A DNA stretch of 64,000 nucleotides from an uncultured virus (IMG/VR IMGVR_UViG_3300006467_000431) (lineage: Duplodnaviria; Heunggongvirae; Uroviricota; Caudoviricetes), in IMG/VR virus record IMGVR_UViG_3300006467_000431. One strand, given 5' to 3'. Numbering within the stretch: the first letter of the stretch is position 1; the number at the start of each line of letters is the position of its first letter. This document shows positions 1 to 8,623 of the stretch, one piece after another. Position numbers and translations under genes: made by a program. The notes under the pieces were generated by a model. That model was given only the letters and a program-made list of their open reading frames with translations, was not told where the DNA came from and searched no databases.

Positions 1-215
1 CCAACGCGAGACCCCCCTCGTTGATTCACCAGCTAGCTCCAGGAGCCTGCTCACCGCATGAGACGGGGCATCCCGTCAATCCCCTGGTTCAACCTCGCTC
101 GGTCCGCGGTGTCCGATAGCGATGGTTCTTCCGGGGCTTTCCTGGGAATAGCACCCCCTTCTTCCCAGCGCAACTCTTTCCTGAAAACCACCTTCCAACC
201 AAAACAATCACTCCT

Positions 216-232
216 TGACACGCATCGTGTCA
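216..232. promoter_or_regulatory. Palindromic operator TGACAC-N5-GTGTCA overlapping a sigma70-like promoter (TTGACA 215-220, TAGCGT 238-243)
   Basis: Sequence ttgacac-gcatc-gtgtcaa; 17-nt -35/-10 spacing; same motif recurs 8 more times. Confidence 0.75.
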
Positions 233-296
233 AATGATAGCGTGGTGCGCGGGTCTACCCATCGCATCTTCACGGAGGACATCCAGGCCTTTCGTG

Positions 297-361
297 CCGA
301 CTCCCTCGAGACCTCTCCGCCTGATGTCCCGACTCCCTCGAGACCTCTCCCCCCGATGTCC
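297..361 (+). repeat. Tandem direct repeat, 22-nt identical core ccgactccctcgagacctctcc at 297-318 and 329-350
   Basis: Read directly; both copies are followed by a ..gatgtcc tail, period 32 nt. Confidence 0.7.
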
Positions 362-471
362 CGGCCCCTCTCGCGCCGACCCATCAACACCTGCGCGCCG
401 AACATCCGGCCACCTACGAGCCGAACATCCAACACAGTTCCGCCGAACCCTTCCACATCCAGGACGCCAAC

Positions 472-1383
472 ATGCAGCTCGAGCTCACCGAGGACCGCTA
501 CATCCGCCTGCGCCTTCAGACACGTAAGAACGCGAAGCAACTTCGCGACGGATTCATCCTCACCGACTGGCATCGCCCCACTCCGAACGACCCCACCTAC
601 ACCCGCATCGCCTACGACCGGGAAGGAACGCGCGGGATCCACCAGACCTACTTCACTGCAGGAGTTGCACGCTTCGCCGAAGAAGCCGGATGCTGGTACT
701 GGCACGTTATGGTCCGACCTGGCGCCCGCTCCGGATTCGTCAAGAGCCACAAGAACCCAAAGAAACTTTCCCTCCGAACGTTCCTCCGCGTCGACTCCTA
801 CCTCGAGCTCTACACCCTCTTCCATCGGGAGTACCGGCGCGAGCTCACCGAGGGCTACGCGGCCGAGCGCTTCGACGCCCCCCTCCGCCACCCCACCCGA
901 CCCTGGCGCCTCCTCTCCTGGCAACGTCGTCATGCCGCAAACGACTCTTCCCGCCACTACGCCAACAAGCACATCCGCGTCTGGGTCCACACCGACGACG
1001 CACAGGCCAACCTGCCGGCCATCCATCGCTCCGACATGCTGGTCCAACGTACGCGGCCCCACTCACGCACCGGAGGCGCCACGGTCACCCGGCACCGCAA
1101 CGGCAAGGTCACCTGGTCGGTCGACCTCGACCTACCCGATGATGTGCGCGTTGGGAGAGCGTCGGATGGACGCAACATCCCCGTAGACCTCGTGCCTGGA
1201 GGTTCCAAGGGTCGCCTCTCTGGGGAGGTCGATAGCGAATCGAAGGCGTTCTCCGCCGTCAATCGCGCACTGAAGCGCCTCGGATGCAAGCCCGAGCTCT
1301 ACGTCCCCAAGGGGCTCGAGAAGGACTTCGTTGTGACGGAGCGCTCTGTGCGCCCCATAGGCCCTTCTGACGCGTCCGTTTGA
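472..1383 (+). CDS. Hypothetical basic protein (303 aa)
   Basis: Long ORF with GC3-biased codons, AGGA upstream; no family recognised. Confidence 0.7.
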   Translation: MQLELTEDRYIRLRLQTRKNAKQLRDGFILTDWHRPTPNDPTYTRIAYDREGTRGIHQTYFTAGVARFAEEAGCWYWHVMVRPGARSGFVKSHKNPKKLSLRTFLRVDSYLELYTLFHREYRRELTEGYAAERFDAPLRHPTRPWRLLSWQRRHAANDSSRHYANKHIRVWVHTDDAQANLPAIHRSDMLVQRTRPHSRTGGATVTRHRNGKVTWSVDLDLPDDVRVGRASDGRNIPVDLVPGGSKGRLSGEVDSESKAFSAVNRALKRLGCKPELYVPKGLEKDFVVTERSVRPIGPSDASV

Positions 1384-1385
1384 AA

Positions 1386-1550
1386 CGGGGCGGTAGGACC
1401 CCCCGGGAAGGGGGCGGGGAGTCTCGTGGGGTGGATGAGGGGAAGGGATGGGGCGGATGAGGGGATGTGGGCGGTGGTGGGGCGGTGTGGGCCCGGCGTG
1501 GGGTGGGGGTGATGGGGAGGCGAGGGGGAGATGTGGGGGAGGCGGGGGGT
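1386..1550 (+). other. G-run-rich non-coding tract at a strand-composition switch
   Basis: Many GGG-GGGGGG runs; upstream DNA is C/A-rich, downstream G/T-rich on +. Confidence 0.7.
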
Positions 1551-1666
1551 ATCAATGTCAACGGGGTTGATAGTTGACCAATACGATCCTTCTGCGGACT
1601 GGACGTTGTTTGGTCCGCTGACTTGTTGGAGTTATGCTCTGGATGCAGCATTCAGGAGGCTCTCTC

Positions 1667-2302
1667 ATGTACGACTCCCTGTCGTCCAAGGTCGCTCGCG
1701 AGATGTTCGGTGCGGACGCCGAAGTGGACGAGATCGATGCCGAAGGCGGCGACTTCAAGATGAAGACGCCTTCGTGGCTTCTTCCAGCGCTTGCGGGAGC
1801 CGCAGGTGGCGCCGGTCTCACGGCGCTCGGGTTCACGCTCTTCCAGGGGAAGGGCAAGAAGAAGTCCGCTGCTGCGTTCGCTGGTGTGGACCCCCGGACG
1901 ATCGATGCCCGGAAGAACGACATGCGCAACGGAGGCGATGAGTTCGGCTTCGGCGGGGGTCTCGACTCGCTCGGAGACAAGGTTTCCTCCGAGATGTTCG
2001 GTGGGGTCATCGATCGTTCCGACTTCTTCGGCGGGGAGGAGTTCGGAGGTGTCATCGATCGGTCTGACCTTTTCGGCGCACTCGACAGCCCGTCGCTCTT
2101 TGCCGAGGAGGAGTACGGCTACGCGATCCCGAGCTGGGTGCTTCTTCAGGGGCGTGAGTTGAGCCTGTACACCCGGAGTCATGGCTTCAAGGATCTGCCA
2201 TACGCTCGTCTGGAGCGCCTCCTCACGCGGCGAGGCACGACGTCCACGTTCCGCGATCTGGTGAAGTCGGAGCTCTTGCGCCGCCAGGCCCCACGCTTCT
2301 GA
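1667..2302 (+). CDS. Acidic-[FY]G motif protein with hydrophobic segment (putative virion protein)
   Basis: AGGAGG RBS 1654-1659; motifs EMFG, DEFG, EEFG, DLFG, EEYG; internal repeat FGGVIDRSD x2. Confidence 0.75.
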   Translation: MYDSLSSKVAREMFGADAEVDEIDAEGGDFKMKTPSWLLPALAGAAGGAGLTALGFTLFQGKGKKKSAAAFAGVDPRTIDARKNDMRNGGDEFGFGGGLDSLGDKVSSEMFGGVIDRSDFFGGEEFGGVIDRSDLFGALDSPSLFAEEEYGYAIPSWVLLQGRELSLYTRSHGFKDLPYARLERLLTRRGTTSTFRDLVKSELLRRQAPRF

Positions 2303-2366
2303 ACCCTGTCGCTGCGATGTAGACGCATCCGAGCTACACTTCAGAAGCAGCATCCTGGAGTCGACT

Positions 2367-3998
2367 ATGCTTCCCGCCCTCTTTGGCGCTCTCGGTCTCG
2401 GCGCAGCAGCCGTTGCCGCCTCGAAGAACGATGCCGACAACTACGGCACGGTGTCTCTCGGAATGGGAGGCCGTGGACCTCGAGCTGGAGCTGGCGTGGC
2501 TTCGCACTTGGGGGGTCGCACGACCAATCCCTACGAGTACGACGTTCCCTCCAGCGTGGTCTCGAACTGGGCGAGCGGCGATGTCTACGGCTTCATGATC
2601 CCGCTCTTCAACATCCCAGTGGGTGCCCAGTCGAGGGTTGAGCACCTCACGGACAAGATCGATCGTGCGAAGGAGAAGATTGCCGAGCTCGAGAAGCAGT
2701 TGCCGCAGGTGGGAAGCGATCCATCCCAGCTTGATCGACTGGCTACGCGCATCGCGACCTTCGAGGCCAAGATCGACAAGTGGCAGGAGAAGCGCGACAA
2801 GGTCGAGATGCGAATGGGGGCGATGTATGGAGCAGAGGTTTCGCAGCCTCCGGGCCAGCAGCTTCAGACCATCGAGCTTCTGGCGAATCGAGTGGTGGAC
2901 TCTGCAAGGAAGCTTCGAAATCGTCCGAACAGCCGGAAGGCTCAGTCCTGGCGTCTGGACATGGTGACGAGCTACGATGCGATGTCCGGGGCGATCTCCG
3001 GACTTCGAGCGCACGTTTCTGGCTCTGCAGCTCCGGTGACGACTCAGCAGCAGGCTCCTCATATGGCGCCTTACGTTCCTCCCGCGATGCCCGACTTTTC
3101 GGTCTTCGGGAAGCTCTTTGGGAAGAAGGAGGGTCCGGAGCCTCATCCGGTGGATCCGAAGGTTCAGGCATCTCTTCAGAGAGCTCACGAGGCTGCTGCT
3201 GAGTACCGTCGTGTTCGAGACGAAGCTCCAGGGAAGGTGAAGCCTCTCGAGGAGGCCGTCATTGAGTGGCGTGTCGAGCTCGGCAAGAAGTTCGCCGAGA
3301 AGATGCGGGATCAGAACCCTGCTGTCTACGGTGTGTTGACCAAGGACGCTCCCGAGGACGAGGACGAGTTCGGCTCCGATGAGTTCGGCCTGTTTGGGCT
3401 CGGGAAGAAGAACCGGGAGAAGCGTCTCCAGCGTCGTCATGCGAGGGTGGCCGACAAGCTCGAGGCGACCGAGGAAGGCACGAAGAAGCATGAGCGCTTG
3501 CAGCGTCGCCTGGAGCGCATCGAGGCAAAGATGGACAAGCACGACATCGAGTACGGTCTGTACGACGACTACGCGTACGGTGGGGACTGGGATGAGGATG
3601 ATGGACAGGTAGATCTGGAGGAGGTCTACGACCAGTTCGGGTTCCTTCCGCTGCTCTTCTCTCCGCTTACGTACGTGGCTGCTGGCGCTGTCCGTGCGGC
3701 TGGTGCGAAGGATCGTCGGGCGAGCCGGAAGACCGGCAAGCGTGCTCTGTGGGGTCGCTACCACCGTGAGATCCAGCGGGCGATGAAGGCAGGCAACCAC
3801 TCGAAGGCTTCTCGGATTCGCGGGAAGCAGGAATCCCTCGAGAAGAAGATGGGGGCCAGTGAGGTCGAGAAGGCGCGAGAAGAGGCCGAGCGCTACAGCT
3901 TCGGCGCTCGCTTCTCTCCTCGTCAGCCGGTTCGTCGCATGGAGGTCGTCAACGAGGACGAGTTCTTCGGCCTCGAGGACGTTCCGCTCTTCGGCTGA
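2367..3998 (+). CDS. N-anchored coiled-coil protein with acidic-[FY]G motifs (putative virion protein)
   Basis: GGAG RBS; hydrophobic N-terminus; DEFGSDEFGLFGLG, DQFGFLPLL; ends in PLFG. Confidence 0.8.
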   Translation: MLPALFGALGLGAAAVAASKNDADNYGTVSLGMGGRGPRAGAGVASHLGGRTTNPYEYDVPSSVVSNWASGDVYGFMIPLFNIPVGAQSRVEHLTDKIDRAKEKIAELEKQLPQVGSDPSQLDRLATRIATFEAKIDKWQEKRDKVEMRMGAMYGAEVSQPPGQQLQTIELLANRVVDSARKLRNRPNSRKAQSWRLDMVTSYDAMSGAISGLRAHVSGSAAPVTTQQQAPHMAPYVPPAMPDFSVFGKLFGKKEGPEPHPVDPKVQASLQRAHEAAAEYRRVRDEAPGKVKPLEEAVIEWRVELGKKFAEKMRDQNPAVYGVLTKDAPEDEDEFGSDEFGLFGLGKKNREKRLQRRHARVADKLEATEEGTKKHERLQRRLERIEAKMDKHDIEYGLYDDYAYGGDWDEDDGQVDLEEVYDQFGFLPLLFSPLTYVAAGAVRAAGAKDRRASRKTGKRALWGRYHREIQRAMKAGNHSKASRIRGKQESLEKKMGASEVEKAREEAERYSFGARFSPRQPVRRMEVVNEDEFFGLEDVPLFG

Positions 3999-4019
3999 TC
4001 GGGTGCGATGGGTGCTCGA

Positions 4020-4532
4020 TCAGTAGGTGACGTGCGGTCGCTGGAAGTCCTGTCCGTCATCGACGAGCCGCGTCTTCCCACTGGCCCCGAATTCTTCGGC
4101 GACTGCATCGCCGATCTGGTCGAGGCTGTCGTCCTCGATGAACTCGCTAAACAGACCGCTGCGTGGTCCAGGACCCACTCCTGGGCCTGGCTGCCATGGA
4201 GACCCTGACCAGGCGCCACTGATGGGTCCAGACAGCCCAGAGGCGATGCCAGGGCGTGCTGCACGGAGCACAGCGAAGTCGGCCTCGGTGGCCGTTCCAG
4301 CGAGACGTCGTGCGTAGGCGCTCTGTGCTCCGGCCTGGAGGACGTTGCGTCGGGTCCAGGAACCAGGTGCGGCGAGTGCTGCTGACTTGAGGACGCTGGA
4401 TCCAGACGCCATAGATGCCGGTGGAGGCGGAACGGCTCCGAAGCTGTCGTTCTGTGGTGTGCTGTTGGAGCTCGAGTCGGAGACAAGAGCTGTGAGGACA
4501 GATCCCAGGATGGGAACGAGAACGCTGATCAT
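4020..4532 (-). CDS. N-anchored hypothetical protein with FG motifs
   Basis: ATG 4532 with GGAG RBS and ATGA overlap with upstream gene; DSFG, EEFG. Confidence 0.65.
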   Translation of the reverse strand: MISVLVPILGSVLTALVSDSSSNSTPQNDSFGAVPPPPASMASGSSVLKSAALAAPGSWTRRNVLQAGAQSAYARRLAGTATEADFAVLRAARPGIASGLSGPISGAWSGSPWQPGPGVGPGPRSGLFSEFIEDDSLDQIGDAVAEEFGASGKTRLVDDGQDFQRPHVTY

Positions 4533-5083
4533 CGATGTCTCCGGATACCCCACCCCGTTCCTGGGGCGAAGATGCTTCGGGTGTGTGTGCCTCCGAACTC
4601 TTCGTCATCTGGTGCGTCGAGAGGCTCGTACTTGTCGAGGAACTCCTTGTCGGTAGGCAAGGACTCCTCGAGGTCAGGATCGAAGCCGAGCTCCATCTCA
4701 TCGACGACTTCGTCGGCGACAGAGTCGATGATCAGCTCTTGTTCGATCTGGCGCTGGACGACTTCGAGAGGGTCGACCTCTTCGTCGGTGTCGTGCCCGT
4801 TGTCGTCATCGTCGCTCTGCACAGGGCTCGTGCTCGTCACGTCTTCCTTGTGAGTCCCAGCCTTGGCGATGTTGGCGAGAGCTGTCCCGTGGGTGAATCG
4901 ACTTGGAACGATCTTCCTCTTCTTGACCGCTCCGACGATGTTGGGGTTGACGAGATGAGCGGCTGGGAGGTTCGCAGGAGCGACACCTCCGAACTCGTCC
5001 GATCGATGCGTCTGATTCTCACCGGATAGCTCTGAGATCACTGCTCCGATGGCGCTGATGGCGAAAGGGATGAGAGGCGTCAT
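4529..5083 (-). CDS. N-anchored acidic protein with FG motifs
   Basis: MTPLIPFAISAIGAVISEL start; DEFGG, EEFGG. Confidence 0.7.
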   Translation of the reverse strand: MTPLIPFAISAIGAVISELSGENQTHRSDEFGGVAPANLPAAHLVNPNIVGAVKKRKIVPSRFTHGTALANIAKAGTHKEDVTSTSPVQSDDDDNGHDTDEEVDPLEVVQRQIEQELIIDSVADEVVDEMELGFDPDLEESLPTDKEFLDKYEPLDAPDDEEFGGTHTRSIFAPGTGWGIRRHR

Positions 5084-5200
5084 CGAAGCTCCGTCGTTTG
5101 CTTGCGGGTTCTTCCGTGGTACACCTACGACGATAGGTCGCGGGTGCCGCTAAGGCATACTACCCTGTTACACGTCAAGAAGTAGGGGTCGTGTTCAGCG

Positions 5201-6226
5201 ATGGAGTCGTTGCGAAAGGTCGCATCTGGCGATGACAACGTCGCCATCGGAATCTCTGGCTTTGGGTCGGCGAAGATTGGCCGTGGTCGCTGGGAGGACC
5301 TGGCTCGTCTCACCGGTCGGACGACCTATTACCTGCAGTACGACGCTCAGGAACTTCCATGGCCGTCGGGTTCTGACCTGGTTTGGACGCCAGGGATCTA
5401 CCGAGAGGCAGTTCGCCGCTGGGAGCATGCTCGCAAGGGTGCACGTGTTGCATCGACCTATCTTGCGCAGTGGCTCGAGCGTATGGCGAAGGCTGGGAAG
5501 AACATCCTGATCGTTGGCTTCAGCCTTGGCGCTTACGTGGCCTGGAACGCAATTCAACAGGTTCCTGATGAACTCAAGGGGCAGATCGAGCTCATCATGC
5601 TCAGTGCAGCCATCGGGGATCGGGAACACACATGGGATGGCATAGAGCATCTTCGTCGGACGGTGAACGCCTTCTCCTACGACGACATGGCCCTCAAGTA
5701 TCTCTACCCTCGGGGTGTTGGAGAGGATGAGACGCCGGCTGCAGGCCTTGGTCCGCTTGTGGTGGCCTGGATGCCGAACGTCGACAGCCTCGATTTGACG
5801 GACATGATTGGTCGCGACCATCTGTGGGGCTCTCGGAACATCATGCGTATGGTGCGCGTGGCTCTCGGTTGTCTTTGGGGTGGTGGCGATCGTGACTTGC
5901 GGTGCCCTGTCTTCAACCCAGATGAGCTACCGAAGAGTCTTTCCCTTGCTACGGTCCAGCGACTCTACCGATGGACGGTTATTGACGAGAGGCTCTGGAG
6001 CCGTCTTGGTGATGCTCTCGGTGGCGATCCTGGGGCGATTGCGTTGATGCAGCGTCTAGACCGATGGTCTCTCGAGGAGGGTCGTCTTTCGACGTTGCTG
6101 GACGCTGGAGCTACCGTTGTTTCTTTGGAGGATGTCCGGATGAGGCCCATGACTGCTCGTCGGAGCCAGGAGATCCTCCGGGGGCTCCTGCGCTACTGGC
6201 TTCATGAGAGCCCGGACCTGGGGTAG
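5201..6226 (+). CDS. Alpha/beta hydrolase, DUF726-like (possible lipase/esterase)
   Basis: Nucleophile elbow VGFSLGA; VNAFSYDDMALKYLY, AAGLGP and DLTDMIGRDH resemble DUF726 pattern. Confidence 0.65.
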   Translation: MESLRKVASGDDNVAIGISGFGSAKIGRGRWEDLARLTGRTTYYLQYDAQELPWPSGSDLVWTPGIYREAVRRWEHARKGARVASTYLAQWLERMAKAGKNILIVGFSLGAYVAWNAIQQVPDELKGQIELIMLSAAIGDREHTWDGIEHLRRTVNAFSYDDMALKYLYPRGVGEDETPAAGLGPLVVAWMPNVDSLDLTDMIGRDHLWGSRNIMRMVRVALGCLWGGGDRDLRCPVFNPDELPKSLSLATVQRLYRWTVIDERLWSRLGDALGGDPGAIALMQRLDRWSLEEGRLSTLLDAGATVVSLEDVRMRPMTARRSQEILRGLLRYWLHESPDLG

Positions 6227-6905
6227 GGTTCATCATCCGTTCGGCATCGACTGGTTCTGGAGCTCCAGGGGTCGATGCCCAGTCGATCGGACTCCCATTG
6301 ACGACCCGGAAGCTCTTTCGCTGGTTCGTCTTTGGGATCCAGTGCATCTTCACGAGCAGCATCAGCGATACCGGATGACTCATCTTCACGGGAGGTGGAG
6401 GCTCCGGTGGTGGTGGCCAGTGGAAGATGTTCTTCTTGGACCCACTCCTGTCTCGCTCTCTGGCGTTGAACCAGTAGCTGACGCCTTCGAACTGGATCAC
6501 GTCGCTGCAGCGCATGGTTGGCATCTGGATCTGGTTCGCTGGATAGATCGCTGTTGCGTCTTGTGGCTCCCAGAGATGTGCAGGCTTCTTCTTGAGTTTA
6601 CCTCGTTCCGTCCCAGCTACGACCCTGTGGAACTTCATCGTGCAGTGAGGTGGAAGTGGTCCGTCGAGATACAACATCACGGGCTCGAAGGTCACGGTGC
6701 TCCGGTCGTATTTGAGGGGTGCTGGTAGCCTCATGGCTTCTTCGCGGTCCGGCATCTTCACGAAGAAGCGGATGCCGTTCCTCGTGAAGTTGGGACCGAC
6801 GATCAGTAGGGGTAGACCGCCGCTCGCTGCATCGAGAACCGGGAAGCTCATGGTTCCATTGGTCCCGACGGTGGTGACGTACTGTTCGAATGCTGAGTTG
6901 CTCAC
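6111..6905 (-). CDS. Hypothetical protein
   Basis: Probable GTG start in GTGA overlap with upstream stop, AGGAG RBS; 3' end overlaps the convergent hydrolase gene. Confidence 0.55.
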   Translation of the reverse strand: MSNSAFEQYVTTVGTNGTMSFPVLDAASGGLPLLIVGPNFTRNGIRFFVKMPDREEAMRLPAPLKYDRSTVTFEPVMLYLDGPLPPHCTMKFHRVVAGTERGKLKKKPAHLWEPQDATAIYPANQIQMPTMRCSDVIQFEGVSYWFNARERDRSGSKKNIFHWPPPPEPPPPVKMSHPVSLMLLVKMHWIPKTNQRKSFRVVNGSPIDWASTPGAPEPVDAERMMNPTPGPGSHEASSAGAPGGSPGSDEQSWASSGHPPKKQR

Positions 6906-7354
6906 AGCCACTTCTCCTGCCATGAGAGTACCTCTTCGTTCTTGTTGTCCCAGTCGAAGAAGCGCAGCTGCATGGAGCAGTTGTAGAGGGGGTTGTCGGG
7001 CATGTACCGCCTGAGGTTGATTCGCAGATTCTCGAGGAACCTTTGGATATCCTGAAGCGGCTCTTTGTGGTCGATCAGGTGACCGAACTTCTGTCCTCCC
7101 TTTCGGTCGTGTCGGCCGCCGTCCCAGTAGACGCGTCGGAATCGGACACCCATGAGCTTCTGTGGCTCCTTGGATCCACTCTTCTCTCGAATGTCGGCGA
7201 TGCGACGTCGAGCGATGAGGTAGGCGAGCTCGGGGCGTCGGAAGATGTACCGATCGACGGCATGGTCGCCGCCCATGTGGGGCCAGACGTGGGGTCCACT
7301 CAAGGCAGCTTCCTCTTCGGTCACCTGGGCGTAGATACTGTTGGATCGTCCCAT
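6902..7354 (-). CDS. Hypothetical protein (150 aa)
   Basis: Tightly packed in minus-strand operon. Confidence 0.65.
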   Translation of the reverse strand: MGRSNSIYAQVTEEEAALSGPHVWPHMGGDHAVDRYIFRRPELAYLIARRRIADIREKSGSKEPQKLMGVRFRRVYWDGGRHDRKGGQKFGHLIDHKEPLQDIQRFLENLRINLRRYMPDNPLYNCSMQLRFFDWDNKNEEVLSWQEKWL

Positions 7355-7357
7355 GAT

Positions 7358-8623
7358 TCAACCCAAGAACTTGCTGGCCAGGTTCATTCCGAGGGTCTTC
7401 AGCTCGGCCTTCTTGTCCTGGTTCTTGTCGATGTACTCGCCGAGAGCGGCCTGGAGTTCTGCGGGACTCATTCCGTCGAGGGGATTTCCCCCGCTTCCTC
7501 CAGATCCTCGAGCTCGTCGGCTGCGTCGACTGCGACGAGGAGCCTCCTCCTCTTCTTCCTCTTCGTCGTCGTCATCCTCGTCGTAGTAGAACTCATCTTC
7601 TTCTTCGTAGGGATCTTCGTCGTCTTCGAAGCCGTCGTCGATCAGATCGTCGTCGTGGGCGTAGACTCCATCGAAGTCACCAGGCTCGGCATGGTTCTGG
7701 TAGGCGCCGTAGCCCATGTCATTCTGGGTGGGACCTGGAAGCTGTGGGTGTCCGTGCTGCGGGATCTGGGGCTGTCCGTATCCGCCGAGTGCGCCAGGGT
7801 TCTGAACTGGGTGCTGCATCACGTTCATTCCAACCTGCGCAGGCGTCTGTGGTTGTCCATTGAGGACACCAGATGCTGCAACCATGCCCATGGCTTCCTT
7901 GGCCATGAACATCCACATCGGCATTCCTTCTCCGCCGTCTTCGCCGCGCATCCAGGGAGGCGGCGCATTGGCGCCACGCATGGCGTTGATCGCCGAGGCC
8001 GAGGCGTGGATGACGTTGGATGCATTGCCAAACATCCTCTGCTGGGCTTCCTGACTCTTTTCGAACTGTGCGAGCATGAGCTCGAACATCTCGTCCTTCT
8101 CTTCGCTCCTTCGATCGCCTCCGTCCTTCCCTTTCTTCTGCTTCTCCCCGACGTAGACCTCTCCTCGCCACCCTCCGAGGTTGGCCTTGTCCTTCTTGCG
8201 GGTGAGCTTGATCTGGAGCTGTCCGTCGAACGGCGTTCCGGCTTCCTCAAGCATGTTGCGCATGAGGTTTCCGAACTCCGTTCGTCCCAGATCTCGCTGG
8301 TTGGGGTCGATGGGGTGCGGGCTCAGCGGCTCTGGCGTCTCTCCGTGAGGACGGATGACGAGCTTGACGTTGATGCGTCCGAGTACATTGGGCCACCACT
8401 GGGGCGGCTGTCCTTCGGTCACCATGTGGAGGACGTCTTCTGGATCTTCGAAGCTGGGTCGAAGGTCTTCGGGGATCTCCTCGTCCTCTGCTTCGAGATT
8501 GTCGATCTTCTCATTGGCTTGGAGTGCGGCGAGTCGAATGATGGCTCGATCGTACAACGCTTCGAAGTCGAACTTCTCGTTGTCAACGATAGCAGACCAG
8601 TTGCGGCCAGTGATGGTGGACAT
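7358..8623 (-). CDS. Hypothetical protein with Q/P/G-rich and poly-acidic C-terminal region
   Basis: 421-aa ORF abutting the radA-like stop; GGAG RBS. Confidence 0.75.
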   Translation of the reverse strand: MSTITGRNWSAIVDNEKFDFEALYDRAIIRLAALQANEKIDNLEAEDEEIPEDLRPSFEDPEDVLHMVTEGQPPQWWPNVLGRINVKLVIRPHGETPEPLSPHPIDPNQRDLGRTEFGNLMRNMLEEAGTPFDGQLQIKLTRKKDKANLGGWRGEVYVGEKQKKGKDGGDRRSEEKDEMFELMLAQFEKSQEAQQRMFGNASNVIHASASAINAMRGANAPPPWMRGEDGGEGMPMWMFMAKEAMGMVAASGVLNGQPQTPAQVGMNVMQHPVQNPGALGGYGQPQIPQHGHPQLPGPTQNDMGYGAYQNHAEPGDFDGVYAHDDDLIDDGFEDDEDPYEEEDEFYYDEDDDDEEEEEEEAPRRSRRSRRARGSGGSGGNPLDGMSPAELQAALGEYIDKNQDKKAELKTLGMNLASKFLG

